Counted from the stretch's first letter, positions 1-13,800 are shown. The stretch: 64,000 nt of DNA from Styela clava (GCF_964204865.1 NC_135251.1:23560001-23624000), one strand, 5' to 3'. Translations and numbers: made by a program. The notes: generated by a model not told the origin, from the sequence alone.

Positions 1-171
1 TTCAGATGCATGATGTGACAACAATACTCTATAAATAGTCTATTTAAAAGGCGTGCGATCGATTTGTACAATTGGCGTATGCATTCTGTTATTGATATTT
101 ACAGATTTTGCTTTAAAAATTGCTTCACAAATTTTTGAATAATATTCTACACCAGAGACATAAGTAAAAAC

Positions 172-3100
172 CTCCTTATCGTCCGATGTTTTAAGGTCCG
201 TCATCGGATGTTTGTGGTAATCCCATCTTCCGAACGACAGATCTATGCCAGAAACAAATGCGATCGACTGATCGACAATTATCAGTTTCTCGTGATGAGA
301 CCAAAATAGGTTATTTTCTGAAAAGAACAGAAATAAATTTAAAATATTGATGGGCCATATTACTAGATTCTCAATATTCAAAGGCTCAAATTCACTGCAA
401 TAATATTACAGCAATGAGAGTATTCTACATCAATGTCCTTTTGGCGGGAATACAAAACTCTGAAATAAGTCTGGAAATAGACTGATGACTGATGTGTTAC
501 CCGAAAATCTCATAGGATACATATATATAGTGTGTATGCTTATTTCTTACGTTTCTGTTATATTTTAAGACTACTCATCGAGAAATCATTGTACAACTCA
601 CCCAACCCTAGCCCACGGTGAATTAATACTCGGATATTTTCCTCATTGAGACTTTCCAGAATATATTTTGCATAATGTTCTCCGAGATCCACAACTACTC
701 CCGGACCATTGTAAAGCAATATGTATATCTTGACGCCGGATGCCTTGTAAAATTGCATTAGCTCAAGTTAATATCTTATTATTGCATATTTTTTCACGAG
801 ATTTATCGCTATTGTTATCCTTTCCCAGAACCCGGAGTGAAAGAAAATAGAGAAGTTAGAGGAAACGGAATCCAGTTTTATTTTTATAATATAGTACGAA
901 CTAACCGCTTTCTTTTCTATGATAGTTTTCAGAAGCCATTCATCTTTTAATTCACCCTTGCGCTTCAAGAATATAGCAGGAGAAAACGTCCAACCGGTAA
1001 TAAAGATTTCACTTTTTGCACTTTCCAGTGCATCTGCTACAGCAGAGAAGAAATCACAACCATCAACAAGCCTACAAAGAAATTATTCAAATATTTATTA
1101 TCAGCCACCTGGTAGAAAATATCATGGAAACGTTAGCATACTTAACCAAAATCTTTCCGCGACCACGGCAAAATAAAGCATGAAATAGAAGTGACAAGAT
1201 AAAGATGCGGGTCTGTAGGTTCAAAACCAAACCCGAATAGAAAAACTCGAGTGGATTCAAATAACTCATTTAATTACCATTAATGAAAATGTTAACAACT
1301 ATACCAATGTGCAACTGAAGGTCTTGCAGGTGCAAAGCTTCCGTGCACATTTCCCATTGCACCTCCGAATTCAGATATCACATTTTCCATGTTACTTTCG
1401 ATGCTATCATGCCAATTGATCGCCTCTTCTGAAGTCATACATTTTAAATATATTCTAGAAAATAATTTGAGAAGGAAAATAACATATATATAGTTTATTC
1501 CACTAACTAACTCAACCATGTTATACTAAATTGCATAAAGCCTGGTCAAGTGTGAGAGTGCGGAAACTTCTCATAAAAAATAAAATAGATAAAAATGAAA
1601 CTCACTGCACAGAAGTGTACAAAAAGTTGCGCCAATAATCCGGTTCGAACATACTCAAAATATGAATATATGTGTATATGAATTTATTAGTATAAACACT
1701 TCAACAGTTGGCGAGGACTAATCTTTATCACCTATAGACATAGCAGAATATTTATAACTCACGTATGAGAAGAATTTTTGAGCTTCAAGAAAACCCCTTT
1801 CTCGACTACTACAGATGATACTCCATCAAACAGAAACACTCCCTCGACATATTGCTTTGTTTCATCAAGGTACATCAAAAACTTATCTTTAAGCACAGCC
1901 CATCTGTAAAGTTGTGAGAAATTGAAATTTGAGTTGTTGTATGTCATGTTTCATTTGAGTATTAGATTGGGAACTTCCTACCGTAGTTTATACTTATACA
2001 TATCACTATCAGAAATTTATATTTTTTTCCTAATTTAAACGTCAATGAATAATAAACGCGGTACGTTATTATACAAAAGCGACGATTTTTGCAATAACCA
2101 TAACAGTATTTCCGAATATTTTCCTAGAATTTGACGTAACAACAAGTTAGTCCGCTGCAATAAATTCTGCTTGCCATATAAAGCAATAACAACAAACATT
2201 TGTACTGCAGTAGGGGAAGGTGGGGCACGTTGGGACATGGCGCACAGGAATATCAGCTCTCACACTAATACTATTCGGGATCCGGTCCGCGGTTTGATGT
2301 TTCAATCCGCCCTTCGGTGAGTTACAATGTCCCCGCAAACGGACAGCGGACGGGTAGAGCGACGCAAGCTATGAGGTGAAATTGGTTTTGGGGGGTTGAA
2401 ACTAAAAATTCACCGTTCCAGTTTTTTCTTTTTTCTAACTTAGCCTTTCCAACGTGACAAACCACCGTCTGATATTTTTCAGCTTTAGTCCACTGTGAAA
2501 TATTTATAACGTTGGCGAGTGGATGGGCCTTCTGAATTTCGCCGTGGGATGATCTGAAGATATTTGTTGATTATGGGGAACAATGGACCGGGGTTCAGTG
2601 GGACATGCCCTACATGGCACAATTCGACAGTGTTTGATACAACAAGTTCTTAGAGACCTAGAGATGCGTTATATTTTTATGTAACATTATGGTATCTTTC
2701 AACTCATGGTCCAATATGAAATATATTCTAGAATCAAAAATATTTCCAGATTTAGATTCGGATTAGAAAATAATTTAATTTGTAAGCGAATTTTTTGGTG
2801 AAATATCTGAAATATTTCGGTTGAACATTGATTTCAAAAATCTTAAATCTTCAAATTTGAAGTCTCCCTGTTCTTTAGACGATTATGCTGATTAATTGCT
2901 CATTTTCAAGGGCATACTTCGTTGAATTTTAACAGAATGACCCATTGTGCCCCAGGGTCTGTCCGAATGTGCCCCACAAGTGGGGTACAGTGGGACACTT
3001 GACAAACGTTTTTCAAAGCATTTTGGTGGTAAGATGTGTGTCGCAAGGGAATTTCTTAGTCGCTGAATAAAAACTACATTTATCCCTCTCTGCATTTATC

Positions 3101-5800
3101 CCGCAAAGTTATATGAATGTGCAGAATAAAGGGCTCAAAATATGAAAAAGAAAAAAAGTGTCCCAACCTTCCCCACTTTCCCCTACATTCTTTACTATCA
3201 CGCTATCAACCAACAAATGTTGCAGTTTATTGCAGAATTGTCTAAATAATGGACAAAACAAGGTAAAAATATTCTACACACCTTTTACTCCAGGTAGAAA
3301 CACAACAATTATCACTTTGCTTTTGCAAGTATCCTTCCCTAAAAAATGTATGATAAAATTAACTTTGTATTTTGTGTGCAATTATATTGAATGAAAACAT
3401 CAGATTGGAAATCATTCTTACTTCTTGCTTCGCCCCAGTTCTTTCCTGAATGTAAAACCGCTCACTTCAAAAAAGTCTGCCTGTAAGCAAAAGTATACAA
3501 AAGTATATGTTTCAATAAAAGCAAACGAAAAAAAAACAGAATCTATCTAGTATTTACACATATTACAAGCTAATAATGTTTGGTAGAACCCACTTTAACT
3601 GAACCCACACACTACTTGTCTAAGTGATTGTACGTTTTAATGAAGCATGTTGGACAAAAAAATTGACAGTGAGCGTGCTTGTTGTTGAGAAATGGGGAAC
3701 AAAAGACTGTGGCTCCCGAGGAATTTTGCTAATTTAAAAATTTGTGCCACTATGTGGATTTTCCGCATGAATATCTGGCAAGCTTTGTTTCGTGCGAGAT
3801 TGGTAGTATGCCGGTAGCTGCGCGTTGCTCTTTTCTTGTGTAAAACGAGATTCTGTTCTTTTGCTGTTATAACTTTTTATTGCCTATTGTTCAATCATCC
3901 CTATGAGTTCTGACACAGGTGCCAATCAAATGAAGCCTTATTACAGGGAATGTGAATATAAAAAAAAAACAGTAGGCCTACATCTTTATTTTAGATAAAA
4001 GGTTCGAAAGAAAAATTACCAAACTGTTGTGACCTCTGTATATTTCATAAGCAAGAATATAGTCGAAATACTGTTGCATATCCTCCTGTTAAAAAACCAA
4101 TTACATCATTAGCTCATTGTTCTGCATATACTCGTATATTTACAACTTTATAAAAGTAGAAAAGAGAATCATTTGATGAAAAGTCTATTATGTGACTGAA
4201 AAAATTCTTTTTATACTGCTTGCCAGGTAACTTCAGACATCATTCAGCAATCGCGTGCACAAACGACGATGCAAATTAGTAAGTTTCTTCTCTGTCCTAG
4301 TATTGCGTTAGTCAAAAATAATCAGTTCATAAAGCTTATATAGAAAGTAATGATAGAAATCTTTTTAAGTTACTTTAAAATATACGCTACACCAGGGCTA
4401 CTCAACTGGCGGTCCGAATCCGGACCTTTCGAGTATCGGATTTGGACCGCACCTAATTATTTATTTTAGATCATTAGCCCCACTTTTTGAATTTCCTGTT
4501 ATAAAATGACTTTCATAGTTTTGAATGTATACAAAAAAAACTATACCACCATAATAAACACTTTTAATTTGCTACTAATCATTAGTCGGTCGAAGAAGTG
4601 CTCGTTTAAGGATGCCGAAATATCATTTCTGGAAAGACCGGACCCAAATAATTATGATGTTTTGTTTGCGGACCTTCGATAAAAATAGTTGAGTAGCCCT
4701 GCTCTACACGTCAAATATTCAGCCGTCCCTTTCCATTTTATATTCAATTACCTTAACGCTTTCAATATTCTTTCGTTCCCCAGTTGCGCTATGCAAAAAG
4801 TTCATAATGCTTGGTGGTTTCGTTACTGCATCGAAATCATCCACGTCTGTTAACCTGGTACCAATATAAGGATAACTAATATTACAAAGTGCCGCATAAA
4901 GCAACGAAAACCCAATGACATTTATATTACATACCTGCTTGCTGATACATCTTTGAAAGCAGAATAAGCTTTGAGACCAAAAGCAAGTTTGGCAACATCG
5001 GAAAGTTTTCGTCGAACCGTCCATTGGAACGAATCGTGTTCAACTGTCAAATCATACCTGTCGTAAATCAACCAACAGAATGGTTTGATAAGTTTATATT
5101 TTGGTATAATGTACGGTGAGTTATCTATTATATTTAGTATATATATTTATATATATCTAAATCTTAGAATGTATGCGTGAATTGATAACCAAGGCCATCA
5201 GTGACGCAGTTCTATAGATATATATGCAGTAAGCTTTTAAATTGAGTAAAATTTCAAATTATGCTGTTTTAGCTGCAAAATTTGCATTCAATATCATACC
5301 TACGTTTGATTTTATTTCCATAATCAGTTTTTCATTTCATGAACTCATGCCAAATAAATGATTTATTAGATGGGCCAAAAGTTCATTGCTTTATTTCAAA
5401 TATATACACCAGAACCTTAGGTTATATGCAGGCTAGTTCCAAACTAACGCTACACATATAAAGTTTACTTCATTCAAGAACAGTTTTATACAAACTACAT
5501 AGTAAAACGAGAGTTCTTAATGTTGGTAAGATATTTCCAAGTAAATTCATTGAATATGTTTGTCACACTTTTGCCCCACTAACGCTTTTCAGCATTTAAA
5601 CGTAATATCAGCATTCTAGTATATATAGTCAATATTGACAAGATAAAACACTCTACTTACCAGATTTCTTGAGAACTAAAGTCTGATGTATTGCACACCG
5701 TTACAAAGACTTTGGCAGGATGTTCAGGTAAAAAATTATTTGGAAGTGGTTCATTTGGCTGCACTATCGTCCCCGGATCATACCTTTGTTGCTCTGCCAT
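172..5800 (-). CDS. Phospholipase D1/2-like paralog (PLD-A), divergent; 5' half only (PX, PH, HKD1), gene continues past the left window edge
   Basis: GT-AG exons read in one frame (1293 nt, 431 codons): 5661-5800, 4935-5057, 4752-4854, 4020-4085, 3422-3480, 3282-3338, 1763-1903, 1305-1454, 906-1071, 602-743, 172-317. Peptides include [17 protein letters not shown] (PX), [30 protein letters not shown] (PH), [27 protein letters not shown] and [28 protein letters not shown] (HKD1). Exons of 66, 59, 166 and 142 nt match the other two paralogs in length. The donor at 172 and the start codon are less certain. Confidence 0.9.
2213..3183. mobile_element. About 970-bp non-autonomous TIR DNA element (Tc1/mariner/pogo-like, TA-flanked) in a PLD-A intron
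   Basis: Left end ta-GGGGAAGGTGGGGCACGTTGGGACA; right end TGTCCCAACCTTCCCCACTTTCCCC-ta (about 25-bp TIR, 3 mismatches). Internal GTGGGACA repeats near 2598 and 2990. No transposase ORF. Confidence 0.7.
4393..4701. mobile_element. hAT-type MITE
   Basis: 15-bp TIR CAGGGCTACTCAACT / AGTTGAGTAGCCCTG; 8-bp TSD cgctacac/ctctacac (1 mismatch). Confidence 0.85.
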
Positions 5801-6343
5801 CACTACGCTTTCTAACTAATAATGTATTTTTGTAATATATATACAGTTTATAACTACATTTGCATGCATATTACGAGAAGAAATGGAAATGAAATTTGTC
5901 TCTATTCATTTATGTATTTTCGATTTCTTAAAAATACCAAGAAGTTGTCTTCCATTCGTAGCTAATTGAATAACGCTCCACTCTATAATAAACGAATTTT
6001 ACTGATTCAGAAGCATTTTCCTGTACGTTGTGTTAGACGCGCGTGACACAACAATGAATGCATGTTGCATGAATGCAAGTGATCAATATGTCATTTCTTT
6101 TGAAGTAAACCATTCGGTTGTTATGTCACTAAAAATACATCAAGCTCTTTGGATTTTACGGGAATGATGAGCTAATAATTGATCTTTACAGGAATTCTCC
6201 TATATTAACCATGTTGCGTTGTAATAATGTGCAAGCCACAGTACGCAAAAAACTGTAATACGTCCCAGCTTCTTCTTTTTTTGTTTTGATGTATGTCAAT
6301 CAATAATAACGTAATACAGGTCACTAACGTTTCTACTTCGTAA

Positions 6344-6850
6344 CTCAAAACAGATCCTTTGATTAATATAGATATTGAAAGTTATGTATTCCTTTATGCG
6401 CCGACAAAAACTCAAGCTGGTGGGGTTGGGATATATGTAAAGTACTATTTAAATCCGTTATTGGTACACAAATGTATTCTGAATGTCTACCCTTGCGAAG
6501 AACTTTAGTTTGAAATACCTATTCATTGTGAAAAGTCTTCTTCCATTATTCTTGAGGTTGTACATCGATACCCTGGATCCAGTGAATCTGGATTTATGAG
6601 CGCTCTTAGTAATACCCTACAGGGCCTACAGTACACCATCTGGCACTTGACAAAAATAAATATATATTATATTGGGTGATATTAATATCAAATTATTAAG
6701 CTCCGCAATCACCCAACCAGCTGTAGTGCTATTGTAATTGGCCATATATATTTATTCTAATATATATATTTATCTGAGGAACCCGTTTCATGTATTGTAT
6801 GGCAACACTGCGTGACTGATCAATATCCTGGTATTTGTCAGTTTCAACTT
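6344..6850 (+). mobile_element. Decayed non-LTR retrotransposon (CR1/L2-like) APE endonuclease fragment
   Basis: Conceptual translation IDIESYVFLYAPTKTQAGGVGIYVK..CEEL*FEI..VVHRYPGS, then a frameshift, then YIILGDINIKLL. These match the GGGV.lYv, lw.ei, vYRpP and GDfN blocks of LINE APE domains, with a stop and frameshifts. Confidence 0.75.
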
Positions 6851-7706
6851 CGTCATGCATCTCCCCATGTTCAACACAAGTTGAAACGTGACATGAGAAA
6901 GTTTGATTCATCTAATTCATTCAAGATGCCCATGAACTTTTTACTTGCATGACCTTATTAGTATTTGCATTGCTGGTAACTGACTCGGATGACCGTATAT
7001 GGTCGTGTCGTTATCAGCCAGTCACATACCGAAAACTGCATTATGTGTTGATTTATTATTGTTATTGCACAATCATTATGTTTTCTGGTCTGACGAAAAA
7101 AATAAATTCTCCCTCTCTCGTTCTCATTTCCCCGTGTATTTTGCGAGCAAATCCTGACATATAAGATGGAGTTTCATTCAAAAAATGGAATACACATAAC
7201 GCGTTTGTTAATACTATCGGATCACCAGCATCAGACCGCGACTAGCTTGGAAAAGGCCTCACCAGTTCGGCGTTCCAGATACATGAACGCACGGTTTGGG
7301 AGAGTGAGATCATACCCACTATAAACACTCAAGCTCCCCGTCATAGTGCGCTTAAACAATCAATGAAAGCATCAACTCATTAAAAATCATTGATATGTAG
7401 ATAGCACTCATTTATTCAAATACTGTGTAACTGTGACTTTTTTCTTCATTGTTCGGAAACGCTCTGTATTTGCTGCGGTTGTACTATTCCCTAGAAGCTC
7501 TATCCTCAAATACTATGAATAGAAGACATACCACTTGCTTCCGACCAGACTAGACGTCAACTTGTGAATGTGCGGTAATTGGAAATAGTTTAAATTTTTG
7601 ATATGTGGATCTTGGATGTTACCCAAAATTTTCATTTTTCTTTATTTTATATATTTATTTTCATAAACTATTACAATAAAATTAAACGTGTATTGGCTTC
7701 GAAACG

Positions 7707-7712
7707 TTTATT
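7707..7712 (-). terminator. Candidate polyadenylation signal (AATAAA) for PLD-B
   Basis: tttatt on the plus strand about 90 nt downstream of the PLD-B stop. Confidence 0.4.
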
Positions 7713-7803
7713 TATGAGTATATACAAAAACCATACTCTTCCACTAATGCATTCTGACCTTGTTTTAAGTATAATTTGTACAAATAAAAGAAATGCGTGG
7801 GTA

Positions 7804-10800
7804 TCAAGTAAAAACAGAAACAGGAATCAATCGACTTTGTTTTTTCGATAAGTCTTCATCTTCTAGATATTGTTTAGGAAAATTTACCAAGTATCCATTC
7901 ACCTGCATTTGAAATATATAATAAAAAATAGTGTTGCCACATCATCAGGCATTGTGTCCATCGTCGTCCAGTTAACGACTGCTGCTTGAATTATTATTAT
8001 TTTGTTTTGCAGTTTTTCATAATACCATGGCCAACCAACAAATCGATATCACGATTTCATAATACACAAAATAAGTTTTAAATACATCACCTTGTCTAGC
8101 AATTGACTTTTCATTCTTTCATCAGACGATTCATTCTGATATCTGCGTACTTGTGAAAATCGTCGGACCACATCTGAAGGAATACTTCGGAATACCTACA
8201 AAAATTGTTTACATTAGATAGTAGAAGTGATCATATGTAATGTTGAAGATTATCTGGAAAGGTCAATTTCTGACCTCCCGCCAGTCTTGCTGATGTAATT
8301 CCATGGAACTTGAAATGGATTAGGCACATTTTCGCGAGCAAACAAGGACACTCTGTGTAACATGTACAATTCTTAATTGGAAAATATATGGAAGTTTCAT
8401 CGTGTTCTAAAATAATCTATAAACAAGCCTTAACCTCGTCATAAACTATTGTGTTAGTGTCAGCAGTCTTCTCCCAAACGTCATGATAGAATTCGTCCGA
8501 AACAACGTCATTTAAAACAGGTGTATCGACCTTCGACAATCCAAGATGTTCGACAAAAATCTTTTTTCTCAAGCCAGAAGCAAATTTTCCTACTTTATAT
8601 GGTCTGAAAATAAATTGACGAGGAATATCTGTACTATTTGAGCTCAAAAGTATTCCATATATATACTATTGTTTAATAGTAGCATGTATTTTTTTAAATG
8701 TACATTTGGAATATGGGCACATATTATGCACAAATTTTAATTAAGGGGGCCGAATTTTTTATTGTTGGTATGGTATCATTTTGATCATAATTCTAACCAT
8801 CGTTTTTGGAACATAAAAATGAGTTGAAGGAATTTTGCCGTTTTTATATCAATTTTCTTACTGTCCATTCATTGTTGAATCCACCATTTCCATATCCTTA
8901 ATCCAAAGAGCAACTTCAGAATCTCTGTCACCAAGCAAGCTTCTATCATTTATATTGGCTGAACCTGCATAAGGACAAAACTATACTGTTATATGAACTG
9001 GAGAAATAATACACAATAATGTTTATAACAGAAGATTATCAATTTTATTGCTGTTTTCGTTGAAGTACATCTATGCTCTAGGACGGAAAAAAGGTGTTTT
9101 TCTTCGACTGTATTATTTAGTCATAATATTCGATATTAACTTTGAGCTTTTGCAAAATGTGTCCACCATTTTAAATTTGGTTTAGGAGTTTAGGACAAGG
9201 TGTGTCCAAAGATTGTAGTTTGAACTATATTTTAATTGGAGCTGTTGAAAAAGAATTCTGATTTTTTGTCAGTAATATTGTCTACTTTTCTGTTGTGAAA
9301 TAGCAATGTTACGAATTCTACATATAGTATATATATATATTATTATTTTGATGAAATATGAATTCATAAAAGTAGTTCGTAGGGAAAATAGTTATATATA
9401 TATATATATATTCATGCAATCTATAATACCAATAACTCGTCGTGAAAGTATAACAAAATATTGACAGCCAACTTGAATACAGAAGAATGGACAGGTGATT
9501 CCCACTGTTAGTCAGCTGCCTAATTTCGAGTTTTGCGGGCTGACTCGAAAAGCTATAAAAATAAGAACTCATTTTTGGAAAATGTTCTACTCCGAATTAA
9601 ACGATTGTTTATACCAATGATTGCAACTCTGTCATCTGCAATCATCAATTTACTGTGAACGTAAACAATATCTGAAATCATCTCATTATTCAATTCAGCG
9701 TAGGTTCGGAGAGACGAAAAACAAACGTATTCATCTATTTGATCTTCCGTCACTGAAAAAGAAATTTTGAATTGTAATTTTCTAAAAATTTCCGATATTC
9801 AACTGGAATGATTACGGTTGAACGTCTTTGTTTTTTCGAAATTTGAACGAAAAACAAAGAATTTCGAAGTCAAATAGTACCTGGCGCTGCGAGTGAGGCG
9901 AGCGAGAATATATCTCTACACACACACATATATATATATACACATCGTAATTTTGAAAATAAATATTCTTGAGAGTCTATTCTGTTTCTAATGCATTACA
10001 TTTGTAGAAATTCCTAAATTTCTACGATATTAAAAATTGCTGAATTTATCATTTAGTTATAAATTCTCAATATAAAAATACATTTTCTGAAAACATTACA
10101 TAATTTCCGTAGCGATCCAATCAACGAAGTCTCGTCTCCTCTACTTATGCTGTGATATTGATAGTTAGCAAAAACCTGGATTTGTCGACTTTTATTTGCT
10201 TTACTGAAAAAAAGATAAATTGAAAAGCGGATTTCATTGAAACACAACCGTTTACCACAAAATCAGTCTCTATGTACTGGTATAGGCGTTTTTAGAAAAT
10301 ACATCATTTTTTTCATTCGCCTTTGGACCGTAATAGCACAAGCCTATACCTCGTCGGAGTGACGGTATGATACGGCCCGTGGAAACAGGTGGACTTTGCT
10401 ACGATCATTCTTGATTTTTAGGTATGCTATCTTATCATAATTTATAAAAATTTATGCGTAGAAAAAGGTTTTATATTTTTGAAATCGTCGATTTACACTT
10501 TTGCTAAAAATACCGCATCCGAATTTTATTTTGTTATAACTTTGTGAATACATTTTACGCTTGATATTACATCATGAACAGTACAATTCAATTTTCCCCC
10601 AAATTTCATTCCACCTGAAATCTCCTTCAAACATTGGAATCAGTGGGAGAACAATGTATAACCGAAATTTTGTCTTCTCTCTATCTGCTCTTTCAATACG
10701 ACGACAAAGAGCGGAAACAATTCCGTTCTTGACAATTTCCTGATTCCGGTAACTGATGAAGAATTGATTCTGGAACAAATTTAAATTGGAGTAGGGCTGT

Positions 10801-13800
10801 TAGTGGAATTTAAAAAACATGTCGGGATAATTAAAATGATTTTATATTGTAATCTTTGTGCTTCTTGACAGTTGCATACTACTTGATTGGCCTACTTGCA
10901 GTTTGATCTTACTCACATCGCGAGTTGTCAAGTCAGGCATTAGTTTGTGCAGCTATCAAATAAAATCATTTGCTAAGAAATATTCCGATTTACCATGGTA
11001 AAATAGTAACACCCGAGCTTCCTGATGGGTACTTTTAAAGAGCCTCGTTGAGAGTGATCGAGTGCGAACATGCCAATGAAATATGAGTATAAATCTCAGC
11101 TTTCGGTGCGACAACATGTACCACTCATAAAGCGAGTGAGATAAAACTACAGAATGGGTGCATTTACTCAGGGTGAGATAATGATAAGATTTTGTAAATA
11201 CGAGTGAAAATACAATAATACAAATTCCAATGTAAACAATAAAATTAATAACTGATCAATAAGTTCAAAACATAACCATCAGATATTTCCTAATGATTAG
11301 TACCAAGTATCTTTATTTTCACCTCAATATATATGTAATGTTCGGATTCCTCTATCGTTTTCACATATGCATCTTCAATAGATGATTCAATCTCTTTGAG
11401 TCCCGCTGCCCATTTTGATACTGATCGCAATACCTGGAGTTTTATAGTAATAATTAAACAGTTATCAGTGATTAATCTCCCCCCCCCATCCCCCCAAAAA
11501 AATATCAAAGTAAATAGGATTCGTGAAACGGAGCATGCACTACATTATGCTTAGTTTATTTGTTCTTGCTTTATTAGTTTGTGTGTTTTTCTGACTCTAA
11601 TTGCAAAACAAAAGTACTGGATAAGTAAATACAAATTACTGACAAAAGCAAATCCAAAACCAAAAAAAAATGAAGTGGAGCACCTACCTGTACTTGAACT
11701 TTAGAAGCGTATACATTTGGATCAAGATTTTTATCGCCAAAAGGTATAGAAACGATTTTCGGAATTAGAAATGATATTCTATCGTCTTTTCTGTGTTCTG
11801 TAGCCTAAAAGCATTGCAATATGCAAACACAAATAAAAAGTGTTATGAGACACATTGAGCCAATGGATCGTTTCGGTTTATTGTTCGGTTTCATATTGTG
11901 GGTATTTTCTACAAAGCATTTGAGCCTTCGAATCTTCCATATGCAAAGATGCAATGTTTTCTAAATCTGAAACACTGTTACAATTTTTTCATATTTAACT
12001 AGAACCGGAAGGTTATGGTTTAGCTCCAAAATTTGGTGTCGGCTTTTCTGTCGATGAATTTCGGCGAGCCGTAGCTCAATTAAAAACCGGTAATAACGAC
12101 ATATGCAAGGAATGACCTTAACAAAATTCCACGTTTGGATGAAATGCCTTGCAACATCTTTTGCTGCGTCATCGTATGCCACACATGCAATATCGTGCCA
12201 CGGTATTCTCGGACAGGTCTGGCGATCTATATGATCTAAAAATATATTAAGCAGTAATTAATAAAATTAATTAATAAATTTGTCTTATTGAATTTCTCGC
12301 TCCGGATTAACTGTGACTTTATTATATATATAGCATTCCAAGCAAATACACTGATATAGTCCAAAATTTACAATATATATAGGTTTGTCCATTCTGTCAC
12401 TTTTTATACCATCAAAATGGCAAATATATGAAAATTATTATACCTTTAAAAGGTTTTGTGAAATCTATTCCAGCGGACACATACTCGTTTGCATAATCCA
12501 AGCCAGGCCATAATTGCCCTTTCAATGGCGTTTCATTATCCGTCTGAAAAAGAAACTTAGGAACGTATTTCAAGATAATATAGTTATATATTGATATTAG
12601 AAAAAAAACATTTGAATCTGCTATCCTAGAAAGCGACTGTGCTACAATAGCGCGAAGTCTACCGGCGTTATGTTGCCAACCCAGATGTTTTCTGAAATGT
12701 ACCGCAGCCTCCTTCACGCTATAGTGCGGTTGACCCCACGTTATAGTAGTACTATTCAAATCAGATTCTTGAAATATCAAATGCATTTAAAACTCTCCAG
12801 TGGATTACCGTCTTACCGTCGTACCGTCTACGATGTTATGAAGCATGGCAACGAATAGATCAATGTAAAGATATCAAATGAGATTTCTTACTTTGGAAGA
12901 AACTGAATGTTCTGTTGTATTTCCTAAATCCGTCAATGGGTGGCCTTCATAATCCCATCGACCAAAAGTTAAATCAATCCCTGATACGAATGCTACACGT
13001 TGATCAATAATTACTAACTTTTCATGGTGGCTCCAGAGAATATCTGATCAAATGAAATAATTTCTTCAAAAGGTGTATTTAAAAAAATATTGAAGCTTCT
13101 CCATACTGTCTGATTTTTATCCATTTCAAATTTGGAATGTACCGTGAGAGACACAAATCTACTGGGTTATCAACATGTTACATACAAAGTGGACTTATAC
13201 ATGTGTTTCGAATATCGAACATATGAGACATATTTCTATATAGCTTACAATTTTTAGTAAAATAATTATTTTTTTTTTACTAATCTTTTTCTAAATTCAA
13301 ACTTAGAGGGTTTAAAATAGTTGAGATTCGATTACTGTCTAGATCTAGAGTACAGAGCGCTATATCCTCCACTTGAAAATGAATTTTGAAAAAGATAGCT
13401 AGAATTTTTGACGCGCTTTGTTGGCATAAATTTGATATCATCATTCTTTATATAAATAAGACTGCAGTAGTACTATCCATATTTGTGTTAAACCTTCGTA
13501 CAATTTCGCCGTTGTGGCGAACTTACGCAGTCAACTTTTTGTGTTAGAAAAATAAAAATGTATATATATATACAGTGAATAGTAAATTACATAATTTAAT
13601 ATTGAATACCTAGTTCTTTGCCTCGATGACGCAATACTGTAATATTATTTTTATTCAATGTTTCCAATGTATTCTCCACAAATTTATCAGCAAGTTTGAT
13701 AAACCCATCTGGTCCATCGTAAATTAAAATGTATATTTTCACACCCTCGTCCTAAAAAATTATGAAAATCTTTTCGCAAAAATCTTTAAATTACAAGAAA

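Noticed and set aside
40-171. In-frame extension of the PLD-A HKD1 exon ([22 protein letters not shown]..) ending in a stop, suggesting a truncated single-HKD protein
   Set aside because: A phase-0 donor at 171 matches the PLD-B boundary, so the extension is most simply intron read-through. The rest of the gene is outside the window, so truncation cannot be claimed.
12544-12786. 81 open codons in the PLD-B loop intron (ORF 12412-12786) as a hidden loop exon
   Set aside because: Intron retention hits an early TGA, there is no convincing in-frame acceptor, and there is no similarity to the PLD-C loop.
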